From positions 10,788,001 through 10,852,000 of the forward strand of contig CM060733.1 in NCBI GenBank assembly GCA_030704615.1: a DNA stretch of 64,000 nucleotides, in the 5' to 3' direction. This document shows positions 1 to 13,207 of the stretch, in pieces (the stretch's first letter is position 1; each line of letters starts with the position of its first letter). The notes beneath the pieces were generated by a model, which worked only from the letters and a program-made list of their open reading frames with translations, was not told the origin of the DNA and ran no database searches. Source of the stretch: Takakia lepidozioides (Eukaryota > Plantae > Bryophyta). A program made the position numbers and the translations under genes.

Positions 1-368
1 TTCCGACACGTCACCCGAAGAGCTCTTCATGACGACTTCTCCCTATCAGAGTCCCATTTTCTTACGGAAATTAGAATAAAGTTGACGGTTTGTTATCCAA
101 CAGCAAAATACGAGGTGCCGCCACTAGCTGCTCCCACGTGGAGAACATGTGGCAGATCGAGGGCCCTGGCACTTGGCAGCGATGCGCGTGGATGAGGAAG
201 AAGGGGTTCACCCTGATTTGTGCCCAGCAGCGAGACGCTGCTTTGCTCTGCGCAGCGACGCCACAAGCTGCTTAAAATCTTCGCTGCTTACAATCTTGGC
301 TGCCATTCTGAGCGTGCAGGGTTGGATTTGCAAGGCTACTGTGTTTTTGTTGTTGGGTTGATCGAGTT

Positions 369-3300
369 ATGTCGCTGGCAGTGGTATGCGCGCCGCCGGG
401 TGTGAGCACGCCCAGGCAATGGTCGGAGTGTCGGAAATTTGCAAGGGCTGGTACGATGTTCGCAGATTTCAATCGGGATGGTGCAAGGAAAAGGTCTTGC
501 GGAGGGCTTGCATGCAGAGCATCCTCGGGGGGGTCAAGGAGAGATTATCAGAAGATTGTGGCCAGAACTCAGCATCGCCGTGCACGTAAGGACTCAATTT
601 TTTACAGAGTTGGTATCTGGTTTATTGAGAGTATTCATTGCATTTTCTACCTGGTGAAGATTACGGATGTGCAAGCAGCTGCTGTTATGTTAGAATGCAA
701 GCCAGATCGTGTGGCTTAGCGCAGCCTTTCATTCAATTGCCACTAATACGCAATTTAAGAAGTAGACATCCATTGAAGAATAAGCGAGGGGCATGGATAC
801 GTAACAGGGCATGTGAAGGGGGTAACGCCGTCGAAGCCTGATCTGCTGAATGCATTGGAGGAGGAAGAAATGGCCGATGAACTTTTGGAAGCTCTTGATC
901 CCGAGGAGAGTGCTGCCCTTCTCCCAGCCGCAGGTGAAGGTGAAGGGGAGGAATTTACGGTCTCTGAAGACGTGCTGCAGCCGGAAGCCTCTTTTGTAGG
1001 TGATGCATGGACACCTGAGAGTGAAACGGAAGGAACACAAGAAGCAAATCTCGGTGGGGAATCTACGGTCTCTGAAGATGTGCTGCAGCCGGAAGCCTCT
1101 TTTGTAGGTGATACATGGACACCTGAGAGCGAAACGGAAGGAACACAAGAAGCAAATCTCGGGGAGGAGGTACAGCAAGATGTGGAGGATGTGGCGAAAA
1201 CTTCTCGTGACGCTGTGGATGAGACTGGACGGATTTTGCAACAGACTGGAAAGGAAGTCGGTGACAACGCGGAGGAGATTAGAAAGGAAGGAGAGAATGT
1301 GGTAAGGACGGGAGCGGAGATTGTGGATAAGCAGGCTGGCCAAGCTGTAAGTGATTTACAGCAAGGTGTGGAAGAAGCTGGCAGCACTGCGCAGGAGGTA
1401 GCTGATGTCATGCGAGACACTGCTGAAGTGTCCGGGAGGCAGCTACAAGATACTGGGAAGGACGTCCGTCGAAATATCGGGGAGATTGGAGCAGAAGGAA
1501 AGATCCTGGTGAGGAAAGGGGCCGAGGTTGTGAGTGAACAGGTAGGTTCCTTTACTTTTGGATTCATTGGGGCATGGCTTGAAAGCCCTAAGTGTTTCGG
1601 AGTAGATGAAAATCCTACCATTGTGTCTGTGTTCACTCGTGGAAATTGTGCAGGCACAGGATGGTGCGAGTCAAGTGGGAAAGCAAGTTGAAGAAGTAGG
1701 TATAGCCATGGATAGGGCTGTGCGCACAATTAGCACAGGCGTGGAACAAGCTTTTGAGAGGGTGCAAGACCCCATCGGTAAAGCAGTGGGTGCCTCCCTG
1801 GAAGCTGCGGAGGCATTGGGTAGAGAGACTCTGGGTTTTGGCCAAGTATTGGTGGATGCTGCAGAGCAAGCTACTGGCATGGCAGGGACGATGAACACTG
1901 AGCAGCAACCCGTTAAGCCAGAAGGAAAGGAGGTGCTCATGAACAGGCAAGGAGTGGGGCAAGTACAGAGTGTTAGTCAAAAGACAGATGGTGGAGAAGG
2001 AAGTGAGCGCAAGTATAAGCCTGCTACAAAAGAGGTTTTGAGAAATAAAGAGGGAATTGGGCAAGGAGAGGAGCTGAAGCAAAATGAGGTGGCTGATGCA
2101 TACACAGGATTGAAAGTGCTAGTTGCTGGTGCTTCTGGAAGGACTGGCAGGTAATGAGGACTGCTTCTCTGCTTCCATTTTCTTGTAGCATGTATGGGTG
2201 AGGGACGATTTTGCATACAGCGTGGTGCATTGTGAGGAATGAGAGTGCTCTTTATCCTCCCTTGTTGCTTCACAGCTACCAGGACAGCTCTGAGAAGTTA
2301 CCAATAGGCATAGGGAGGTGCTTTGAGGCAAGTGAAATGCCCAATGTATTGCAGGTACCCACCCACTTGATTTTTCGCGCTCCAAGATGTCGCTTTTATA
2401 CTGTTAACAGAGGTTGTTGCTTGAAAATCCTCAATTGCATACTGGAATTTGGTGGGTTTAGTGATTCATGGGTACTGGTGGGGAGCAGGTTGATAGTTAA
2501 AAATCTGGCAAGCAAAGGGGTGCCCGTGCGGGCTTTGGTACGTGATGTGTCCAAAGCACGTGATCTCAAAAAGTTGCAAGACGTCGAGGTAAGATGCTTA
2601 GCCTTTAGTTTTGCCTAAAGAAGTAATTGCATTTCCAATTCATAGTTCCACCACAGTCTCTGAATGTACCATTGTTGGTCCTTGACTATAGTGTGATGTT
2701 GGTTGATTTGAGGCATACAGGTCGTGGAGGGTGATTTGTACAAGTATGAAACTATCAAGAAGGCACTTGGAGACAGGTAAAGTCTTCAACGGATAGTTTC
2801 TCCTTCTGGGTTACCCCCCTAACTTATCTTAATCTGTAAACTGATTGCCTTTTACATTAGCTACATATATGAAGACCACCATAATCACTTCTGTTTATAT
2901 ATTATTGTGTCTTTAAAGCATACACGATTATCCTGTAAAACATGTCAGGTAGATATAGATCTTCCATTGCGTTTTGTCACACAAGCAATGTTTGGACAAA
3001 GAATGTTCAAATTTCAGTTTGCTTTAAGCATACAAATTGTAGAGCAGGCAATGAATGTATGACAATGAATGGATTTGTGGTGGCAGTAATGTTGTGATTT
3101 GTGCCATTGGAGCTCAAGGAGTTCCTTTTGACCTTTTGCAAACTTATCAGGTAATCCAACTCTATTGATCATGATGGATTCTATGCTCAAGAGGCTGTCA
3201 GTGGGGTGTCCTTGGTAAGATATGATGGCCAAAGCTAGCATACTTGACTGATTCTTTTGTCTATAAGAGTAAGAACGCTGGTCGATTTGTTGAAATTGCG

Positions 3301-4968
3301 CAGGTTGAGTACGAGGGTGTGCTAAATCTTATATCCGCTGCTAAGAACCAAGGAAAAGTAAAAAAGGTGAGAATTTTGAGGACACAGAATGCTGTTCTAT
3401 CTTTTCTTAGCAATAGATAGAGCAAGTACAGTTCTTTGTTGCATTGATGGAGATCAGTAGGTGTGTCTGAGTAAACTGAATGTAACCAGTAGCCTAGCTG
3501 TAAAAATATCTTATACTGGTTTTGTTGTCATACGACCAATGGGTAGTAATCTTGAGCATGGTACATTGCAGAAAGCACGATTTTGAAAAAGTACACTCCT
3601 AGTCAAGTAACAGATAAATTGATGGATTGATCGTGATGCAGTTTGTGTTTATGACGACTTTGGGGATTTCATACTTTCAGTTCATCCCACTGCTGTTTTG
3701 GTGAGTTGGTGACACAATCCTTGGTTGATTGATGGGGTAAAGTGTAAAAGTGTATACTCTGTGCATTGTTTTTCTTGGAGGATTGATGAGAAATTGTTTG
3801 AGAGATTGTTTGGTGGGCCATTTTCCTTGCTGCTTGTACTGCAGAAGGATGGTGTATGGTAATTGATTGTGTCTGGAGACTTTGTCAGATTTGTAAGCTA
3901 GCCATATGCTCTGCTACCTTCAGTGCATATACATGGACTTTTGGGCTACTGCTATTTTCATCCACTGTAAAGCTTGTAACCTGATGTGTGCAGGATTATG
4001 AAGGATGTAATTTGTTACTCGTTGGATTTGCAGGAAAAGGCAGGCTGAGTTGTTTTTGCAACGATCGGGCCTTGACTATACAATAGTGAGACCAGGAGGT
4101 TTAAGGAGTAGCAGTGCTAAGGTATACAAAAGTTTGAGAAAGATGATATGTGAATGTGTAGACAAACTAAATGTTCCCATTGAAAATATTGGGAATGGTA
4201 TTGAAGTGAAAAGTGAGTGGATGCCATGTGAAAGAATCATTTTTCTCGGAATGGATATGTTTACAATGTTCGAAGAAGAGGATGGTGAAAATCTAGTAAC
4301 CAACTCATATGTTGTGCATTGCAGAACGAAAGGGTAGAGCTACGGCCAGCAGATTCTCAGTTTATTGGAGGAATTAGCCGCAGCAAGGTATGACACATCT
4401 TACCTGTTTCTTCTGTCAGTGGAGGTCTTTGAAGTTTAGAAACAAAAACCATTGAGGTAGGCAAGTAGAGTTTATTTGGCAAATCTGTATTCAAGTTTTG
4501 AAACTGCAGAACGCCTGTGATACTTGCTATACTAACCAGGGAAAGTCTTATTAAAGACATGGTATGCTGGTGTTAGTGCCAGCTGTTTTTGGAGAAATAA
4601 TAAAACTATATTTTCTGATAAATCTGGTATAACTAAAGTAATGGACAAGCTTGTGTGAGTTTTATCTGAAATCGAAGATGGTGGATATGGATGAAGGTTG
4701 CGGAAGTGTGCATAGCTGCTTTGATTGCTCCAGAGTCCTCAGAAAAGATTGTCGAGGTATATACATCATTTTGTGAATTCTTTTCCTTTTCCTCCCTGTT
4801 GATGTGGAATGGATGTGTCTTTATTATCAATAAGCTTTATGAATGATGTGTTTATCTATGAACTTACTCCTTTTATATTGATGGTTTGTACATGATGATT
4901 TTGTGCAGGTAGTTGCAGGAACTGGACGAGTTGAGAGCAACTTGCAAGATCAATTTGGCAGAGTATAG
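369..4968 (+). CDS. Plastid-type NAD(P)-binding Rossmann-fold protein (atypical SDR, Tic62/ycf39-like domain) with a long acidic/amphipathic N-terminal extension; 12 exons
   Basis: Phase-consistent GT-AG exon chain read by hand: 369-585, 808-1541, 1654-2150, 2489-2588, 2721-2776, 3087-3150, 3304-3366, 3642-3700, 4034-4121, 4325-4387, 4697-4756, 4909-4968 (TAG). Motifs KVLVAGASGRTGR, VRALVRD, DYTIVRPGGL, ISRSKVAEVC. Exon 1 (MSLAVVCAPP...LACRASS) looks like a transit peptide. Confidence 0.85.
957..1166 (+). repeat. In-frame 108-bp (36-aa) tandem duplication within exon 2
   Basis: TVSEDVLQPEASFVGD[A/T]WTPESETEGTQEANLG occurs twice in direct succession with near-identical DNA. Confidence 0.95.
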
Positions 4969-5086
4969 AGAGATTATGTATAACCCTAGAAATTGAGGTG
5001 AATAAGCCCCCCATAATATACTAGCAATGCTTCCAACGATGCTTCCTCATTTGAAATTTTGATTGATGGAACTGCACAAATGTGTT

Positions 5087-5388
5087 GGCATAATCTGAAA
5101 TGTAAAGTCAAATTTTTCTGCATGGCAAGAATGTATCTTTTAAGTTGCTGACGTAAAAGCAAATAATTTGTTAAGCAGTGTAAAGTGGCATTTGTCCTTA
5201 CACATACTGTAGTTTTAATACTCATGTCGACATGCAGGCATAATCTGAAATGTAAAGTCAAATTTTTCTGTATGGCAAGAATGTGTCTTGTAAGTGGCTG
5301 ACGTAAAAGCAAATAATTTGTTAAGCAGTGTAAAGTGGCATTTGTCCTTACACATGCTGCAGTTTTAATACTCATGTCGACATACAGG
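5087..5388. repeat. 150-bp tandem duplication downstream of the stop codon
   Basis: taatctgaaatgtaaagtcaaatttttctg starts at 5091 and again at 5241; both units end ctcatgtcgacat[g/a]cagg. Confidence 0.95.
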
Positions 5389-6025
5389 TGTGAGCAGCGC
5401 AGGTCTTGCCAATTTCGGCAATTACTCCACAAGCTAGAGTAGATAGAGTTTGAACCTGTGTCAAAAATCACAGTTAATACAAAAGCTTGCAGCTTGTGCA
5501 ACATTGAACATTGCAGCTGGTGTGGTATTGAGCAAATCCCAAAGACTGTAACCTGATGGTAACAACCCATAATTCGTCAAATAAGTGTTGACCAAATTAT
5601 CTGTTACACAGCCCCGCTCGTCCGATAACCTGAAACTTGTCTTGAAACTAAACATGACCCATATTACTTCTGGCATACACACAAGCCAATGCCAAGCTTT
5701 ATACGTTCAATGGAAACATGTAAACTTAACATTCACCTGTTCAAAAGGTTAAAGCTCACTCAACAGCAAACTCTCACCACCAAGATATGATCTAACCTGG
5801 GCAGATCACAGCACAGTTCAAATGAGTTGAACTATTTATGGTAGGACAAACCATTTGCCTTCCTTGCACTACAACAAACCAAGGTCTAAGTGGATGGAAC
5901 CTCTAATGTGGCAAACATAGGAATCTCCTGGAAGGAGTGAAGGGACACTATGCTAACTCATCCTGGCATCCTCTTGCTTGCATAATCCTGCACAGCCACT
6001 GGAAAACATTGTGGACAGACCTGTG

Positions 6026-7510
6026 TCATTTGTCAACAAAGTTTGTCTTCACACCTCCTGCAACCACAGACCAACCCTATCAAGGAAAACAGTTGAGCTG
6101 GGAGGGAGGGGCTGGGAGAAGCAGTCAGCATTGGAACGGATTCACTCTGGTTCTGTCTCTCTCCCTCCAAACAACTGCCACCAAACTAGTTTGCCTAGTT
6201 TGCTTGTCAGAACAAAACTGGAGCAATTGTGCAGGCTTACCTTCCACCACTTCGAAGCGCACTTCACGGAGGTGCTCTGAATCCATATAGTACTCAAACC
6301 TGCAAAGGTCAACCCATTGTTGCACACAGAAACAACACCTCCTTACAAGTTTAATGAACACAAATATTACAAGCATCTGGTTTGTGAGTCCGAAAAAAAA
6401 TGGGAGTATGGTCCAAGGGGAAAAGAAATGACTGTTGGAAGATATATCACACGAAACAGAAAAGACCTGTTGGAGAAGTTGACTTGGAGGCCCTCCTCAG
6501 AGCCTGCAAGATTTTTTATGGCCTCCACCAGCACAGCCACAATCTGTGTCTTGCGAGTACTGGCCATCAGGCAGTCATACTCACTTGGCACACTCAATGC
6601 GAAAAAATTATCATTCAGTACACTTAAGCTGACCTTCTCTATGGCCTGCACACCCTTTGCCCAAAATCAAATACTGATAAGTACCAGCATAGGTGCAGTT
6701 TAATTGTGCTGAGAGATCCAGAGATTGACTCGTCTTTGCTGCAGGCATCTCATGCATTAGAGAACACTTCTAAGCTTAAATAGGCTAAAGTGCAGGTTCA
6801 AGAAACTAGGAAGATGACGAGTGCATCAAAGCACAGTGGGAAAGGAGAGGAGCTTACCTGCAATGCGAACCGGTGCCTGAGGCAGTAAAATTCAGAATCG
6901 AGTATGTAGAGTGCAACATCAGTAATAAGAAGCACACGACGCACCATCTTGGCTCTCCGGTTCACTTTCACAACATTGTCTGCAAACAGCACAAGCCTGT
7001 CTCCTGCACATTCACTGGAGTCTGTCAGTGGATAAACTGTCAAGAGTCACAGTAACAATAAAAGAATTCAGCTGGTGCAGAATCAAGCAAATCTCAGAGA
7101 CAGCATCCCATGTTTTTTGTTGATCTAAGTATCTGTTACATAGCCCCGATCATATGCGTGTTGTCTGTGACAGCATAGGTGAACGGGTGAATATGTGTGT
7201 GGGTGTGTGTGAGAGAGAGAGAGAGGTACGCTAGCTTGTGCGCTATGCCAACAAGAGATGCGAGAAACTTGCGGCCGACTTATAGGTAGGAGAGACCTTG
7301 CTTAGAGAGGAGCTTCACGATGTGATAGTTAGAGGCACCGTTGATGTAATCGGCGGAGAAGACACTGCGCATGGAAAATTTCTTGCCCACCTCAACACCC
7401 GTGAAGGGCTCCAGACCCTCGTGCTCCATGGACCGCACCCCGACTTCCTCGTCCTCTCCATCTGCGAGGCGTGGCCTCCCGTCTCCTCCACCCTCCTCTG
7501 CCCTCGCCAT
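6026..7510 (-). CDS. Stand-alone myosin class I tail-homology-1 (Myosin_TH1)-like domain protein; 5 exons
   Basis: Minus-strand exons 7510-7297, 7003-6858, 6645-6467, 6299-6241, 6057-6026 join in phase with GT-AG borders. Peptides GDRLVLFADNVVKVNRRAKMVRRVLLITDVALY and AIEKVSLSVLNDNFFALSVPSEYD are typical of TH1. Confidence 0.85.
7194..7224. repeat. (GT)n(GA)n compound microsatellite in intron 1 of the TH1 gene
   Basis: gtgtgtgggtgtgtgtgagagagagagagag seen directly. Confidence 0.8.
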
Positions 7511-8566
7511 CCTCCAAAAACCATCGGACTAACACTCACTCACACAAAAACAAAGAAAATTTGTCACGTGTGATCGGAAATTTTAGCGCAGGAATAGGGT
7601 GCCATAGTGCCTCGTCATCGTCGCCACGTCATCATCGCCACGTTTCGTCATCGTCAATTCGGACCTGCCCAGTCAAAATAATTGGAGGTTTGAGGCATCT
7701 TGGATTTTTGACTCCAGATATTCTGAACAAGGTAGTGGTATCTAGAAGTGTGCTTTTAAGCAGTGTGCAATGCTCAAAGGGTGCAGTGTCCACAAAAATT
7801 ACATGAGTTGAATAGCAAATGAAGCAACAATCTGTTGTGTAAAGCACATAATTTTCCAATCATTAATGTATTATATATGAATTATCAAAGTCAAAGTACA
7901 TATTATCCCACTTCTGCTCGTAGGTCCCGCGTGTAATGCCATACATTGTTCCTTGATATGCGCTTAAAGGTGCCATGAGTACACAAGGTGTGCACCTACA
8001 CCTTTTCCAAAAAATGACCAAAACCAGGCCATGTGTGGGCCTGGATGTACCTACCTCCCGACCGGAAATCCGTGCATCTACCTATGGAAGGACCCATAAC
8101 TTACCTTGCATGGATCACAACTTGTGCAAAATCTGACCATACAAGTATCAAGTAGAACCCCTAAATCTGCCCTGAGATGACCTACAAATCCTCAGACATG
8201 GCCATTTCAGAACCTTAAAGTAGCCATCCCGTAGACACACCTGGAAAACTCCAGAGCTCCCTCATTTCCCATTCTCCCGCCATTACAAGGCAACTCCCGC
8301 CACAGACCTGCTCCTCCTTGTTTGTGGACTTCAAGTTATGCATGCTCTCACTGCCTTCCGTCCATCACACCCCTATGTGGTGTCAAGTGTGGGACCCCAT
8401 GTAACTGATGCCCGTGTGCCCAGCTAGGAGCCACGGTGACGAATTGGCTGGTGTCTTCACCATTGTTCTTTGCTCGACGTCGCCGGATTGCCATGGCTTG
8501 GTTATACCTGCATATGTTCGGAATCGATCCACAGAACATGGTGCCTGATGGGCCCTCCCGACTTCA

Positions 8567-8900
8567 TCAGTGCCTGCAAGCGATCGCCATACCTTCCCAA
8601 TGCCTTGTTTGTCCATTGTGCGTCATATGCTCTGCTGCTGCTTCTTCCTTTCTGATCCGAGTCGCCTTTTGCTTGGCTAATTTTTTTGCTACCCTCTTCT
8701 CCCGTGCAATGTGCTGGTCCTCTTGTTTCTTCTCTTTGGCTGCAATTGCTTCTCCCTTGAGTCGTGCTTTCTGCTCAAGGGTATTGGCGTAGTCTTCGCT
8801 GGTCATAATTATGGATTTGATGTAATCGATTAACACTTGCCCATCTTGAGTCCTTCGTCTTCTAGTGGGTGCAGAGCCTCCCAAAGGGTTAGAAACCTAG
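8567..8900 (-). pseudogene. Possible degenerate C-terminal fragment of a pogo/DDE-1-type DNA transposase
   Basis: IDYIKSIIMTSEDYANTLEQKA followed by a K/E-rich coiled stretch resembles the tail of pogo/Fot1-like transposases. No catalytic core or TIRs were found. Confidence 0.3.
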
Positions 8901-10549
8901 CTATACTAGTGGGACCCATGAATGCGAGCATGGAGAGCAAGTGGTTGGGATTCATGGTTGCTCTCATCATTAGGGGCCTGATCTGTGGGCCGGTCATCAT
9001 CCTCCATATGCACACTTGGGTTTGGGGAACCATGTTGCCTATCACCTCTTCAATGGCTGGATCTGTCTCCTGACTTTCATCATTAATCGGCTGTTTAATT
9101 AACTTCACTAATCCACTATTAATTAAGCCCCTTGTACACCGGATAGTGTACCTAATCCAAAGTAATAATTAACCTTGAACTACCTCCATTGCAAAAGTAC
9201 AAAGTACTAGGGTGAAAAGGGTAGGCTTCATTCATCAAAAATAAGGGACAGAGAAAAAGGCAACGCACACTTTTAAATGCCGCTACCTTAGGTCTGACTA
9301 AGATTTCATTGATTTCACAGTGTTCATTTGGACAGTGATTCAGTGACAGATATTGTTGTTGTGGTGGCTTGACGTGCGTTTAACTTCGGCCTGTTTTGGC
9401 GACGACCAAGGCCCGTTCCCAGGAAATTTGTTCATCGCAGCTGGAGGCGACGGCGACAATGCCAACATAGGAACAATGGGAACAACTGTGGCAAGGACTT
9501 CAGAATTGAGTGCCAGGGCAATGGATGTCACGGAAGCGGAAGTGGGTCACCTTGGTAGGTGCCTACAGTTTACGGAGCACTTCGTGGTCTTGAGGTTAGT
9601 CTTTCACTAACCGTTTTTATGAAGCGTTTACTGATTTAACATTTTAAGATCTTCATTCATCTGGAACTTGTACAATTGTAACTAAGAGAATTGATGTAAT
9701 TCAGATATTTAAAAACCTCAAAATTTAGACTATCATCTGGCTTTTACACTTTGAGAATCAATGCCTCTCGCGGGTGAATGTGTCGTCCTCAACTCACTTA
9801 ACCTCTGCCTTCCTTCAACAATTCTTGTCTGTCAATACACACCGACGATCGCCCATGTTAGAAAGAAAAATCAAGCGTAGCTCAGTGTAAAGCGATGTCC
9901 TTTAATATCTGACAAAGATAATTGAGAGTCATTGCATGACAGGCATTAATATTGTACCTTAAGCTTGAAGTGGTCAAGCTCTAGTTGGGTAGACTTCAAG
10001 CGAGCATTCATTTGCTCGAGTGCTTCCAAAGCCAGTGATGGTGTATCTGTGTGATTGTTGTTGCCAACAAACACGAGTCCTGTGGCCTACAGTATGAAAG
10101 TAGGCATCCACAAAGGCGATGATTAGCGAAAGTGACGGAAGCTAGAGTTCAGATGGTTCTTTCTAATTCCAGGAAAATTATGCATTATCAAAATAATGAT
10201 ACTGGAGAACATGTGCAGTGAGTTGTCACGACTCGAAACATGTTTGGAACCCACCTAGTGTCCCAAAGGGATACCGTAGTACCATGTTGATCCATGTTCT
10301 TTAATGTAAAGCAAGAATCTAAGCTCTAGAATTATGAGCATAACTAGTTTCATCTTTAGAACAAACATTATCAGCTTCAACATGCATGCAAAAAGAGGTT
10401 GAGAGTTACTAACTCTTACTTGGAAGGTCAGAAGCCCTGGTGAAGCTTGTGCGCGCATGTGCAACACCATGCAAGCCAACAGTATTAACAGACCGTGGGG
10501 GTCACTGCCAATTAAGGGTATACCTAGAAAAATTTTGAATGAGAAAAGG

Positions 10550-10601
10550 TTAACTAGGACTGGAGGACCGCAGCAGATGATTACTCCTCCGACGTTCTGC
10601 T

Positions 10602-10633
<32 letters not shown>

Positions 10634-13207
10634 TCCGCTCCCCTCTCTCCTTGGTTTCTTTTCTGGCTGCATGTCACAATAACACATACAAGTACAAAAT
10701 TAACACGTGATAATGAACTTAAACCTAGAAAGAAAATAAAAGTCACCAATGATTGCAACTACTGACTCTGACTTGCTCCATGGAACTTTCAAAAATGACC
10801 ACAAATTTGAGTGAAAAGGTAATTAGAGTTGTGAGGAGCCTGAGACCAAGCAAGGTAAACACCCATGATGAGAAACTGGTTTTGCATTAAGAATATCATG
10901 AGAGAATTGCTTACCAAGGGCACAATCAGTGGCGATTTGTCACCACGGTATCCAATCAAAGCCACATTGTGCGCATCCCTGAGAGCAAGATGCTTAACGC
11001 AAAATGGGCCTTGATTTCTTCTGGGATCGTTAGCAGGCAGAGCGTCCCAGTTTGTTCGCAGTGCGACGTGCCACTCAGCAATCAACTTAATATCATCACC
11101 AACCGTGAATTCACGACTGCTCTTTGCGTTGTACCACCAGAGGTCCTTCTTCCACAGAAACGCCCCATTCAAGGAAGCTTCCACCTTGTTTAACCCAAAG
11201 TTCCTGCGCGTGGGCCATATCTTGCACCTCAACACAACCTTGGAACCTGCAATGGTGCACTTGACAAGGACGCTGTTCTCCTTGATTTCATAAGAAGGCG
11301 AGCTGCACAAAAATCAAAAGCTTGCAAATAAATGAACATGTCCATCATATTTATAAATATCACTTGATAATATGTAAAGAAGCACCATGTTAACACTCAT
11401 AATGCTTTGAATTCAAACTTATTGTATGGAAGTAACTGTACCAATCAATGTATTGAGTGTGCGTTGGAGGACTGTTCAATATACTGCCCTCATAAGTAGA
11501 GCCAACGTTACTGCCAAATCGATTCAAAGGCACCTGCAATCCCCCAGATACATGCAGTAGTTAGTTGGTTATCTCTTCTTACAACAATAACACAACAGCC
11601 TCAGATTACGCACAATGAATAATGCCACGAACCAAGAGCAATTGAAAACAAGAGAAACCTAGTCCAACTTTACCTGCTCACCACTCGAAAACTCTGTGCT
11701 TGTAGACGTATCCTTATAATTGGCATTGTACAACGCAGCCACCACATCCTGCATAGTGGGCCGATTCTCTTGCCTCTCCTGAACGCAGGTCCGGGCCACC
11801 TTCACAACCTCGACCAGCTGCTCATAGGAGATGTCCAAGTTGATCCGGTTGTCCACCATGCGAGGGAGCAGACGCCGCATCACATGCTCGTCTGGACCCA
11901 GAAAGTCTTTGCACCACTGCACCAGGTTCACATTCTTCTGAATAGCCTTGCGCCCTGTAATAAGCTCCAGCAACACCACGCCGTAGCTGTACACGTCGTT
12001 CTTGTCACACGGTATCCCATTCTGTAAATAAACCGGATCTCTGCACAAACGCCAGACCCCATTGTCAATAGAATAGTCACATTGGTGTAGAAATAATCAC
12101 AACTGATTTGCTCCAAGTTCCAACTATTGACACTTACACATATCCATGCGTTCCCAACACGCACATCGTGACCGTCGCCTCGTGGTCCACAGCTACAGCC
12201 TTACTCAACCCAAAATCTGCAATTTTGGCATTCATGTCATCGTCAAAGAGAATGTTCCCCGACTTGATGTCACGGTGCACCAAAGAAGGATTGGCGTGGC
12301 TGTGAAGATACTCCAACCCCTGCGCCACGTCCACCGCGCACCGCATCCTCGCCTTCCAATCCAACACCTGCATGGCCTCAGCGTCCTCGGGCGTTTTGGG
12401 ATGCAGATGCTGGCTGAGGGAGCCCTTCCCAACAAATTCGTACACCAGAAACAATTCGTCATCTTCGACACAGTAACCCAGCAACGCCACGAGGTTTCTG
12501 TGATGGAGTCTCGAGATCGTCTTCAGCTCCGCCCAGAAGGCTTTCTCGATCATCTCCTGGCTCTGATCATTCTCCACGGCAACCTCGAAATTTGCTGCTT
12601 TTCTCTGGAGCCGCTTCACGGCCGCCTTGCCAAGGCCCTCGGGGAGCGAGGCGAAGTAGACCACGCCCTGGCCGCCGCGACCCAGTTGGAGCTTGAAGCG
12701 GTCCGTCATGTCCACGATCTCCTTCAGCTCGTACTGCCTCAAGGAGCCCACGGAGCTAACGCGGGCGATATTGCGGGTGCGCAATGGGTCGCCTTGGGAG
12801 GGCGACGGGGGAGGGGACGCGGGAGACGATGGCTCAGGCAGAGGCTCCGAGCTCGTCCTGGCGAGCTTGTGGAAGCCTTTCCATAGAAACCCCATGCTGA
12901 CGCCCACGATGAACATGAAGCAGAGAGAGAGTACGGTGCCCATGTTCTCCATCCCCATGACGCCGTAACGCCCCGCAATCACCTTGGCCTCGAGAGAATT
13001 TTGTGCAACCGGTGTGACTAAGTTGAGAACGTCGTCAGGCTGGCACGTTTGAGGTTCCGCCACAGCCATGGAGGAGCTTGCGAGTAAGCAAGTGGTCAGC
13101 TGCCCCAACCACTTCCATTGCAGCGCCCACTTTGGCTTCATCACTGGCAGGTCCTCTTCCCACATGATCTCTTCACAACGCGCCCACTTTCTACTCGCAC
13201 TGATCAT
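10550..13207 (-). CDS. Receptor-like (RLK/Pelle) Ser/Thr kinase with a TM helix and an extra C-terminal domain; 5 exons
   Basis: Exons ~13207(start uncertain)-12138, 12040-11674, 11533-11442, 11302-10915, 10666-10550 join in phase. Motifs GRGGQG, AVKRL, HRDIKSGN, DFG, GTHGYVDPVY (spans intron 1), DVYSYGVVLLELITG. TM segment TVLSLCFMFIVGVSMGFLW. Confidence 0.88.
10600..10632 (-). repeat. (GGTTCT)n coding microsatellite giving a poly-GS linker in the last kinase exon
   Basis: aaccag repeated on the plus strand; translates as EGSGSGSGSGSGSGSA on the minus strand. Confidence 0.85.

Noticed and set aside
729-2082. Minus-strand ORFs of 204, 324 and 149 aa
   Set aside because: Antisense shadows of the acidic exons of the plus-strand gene.
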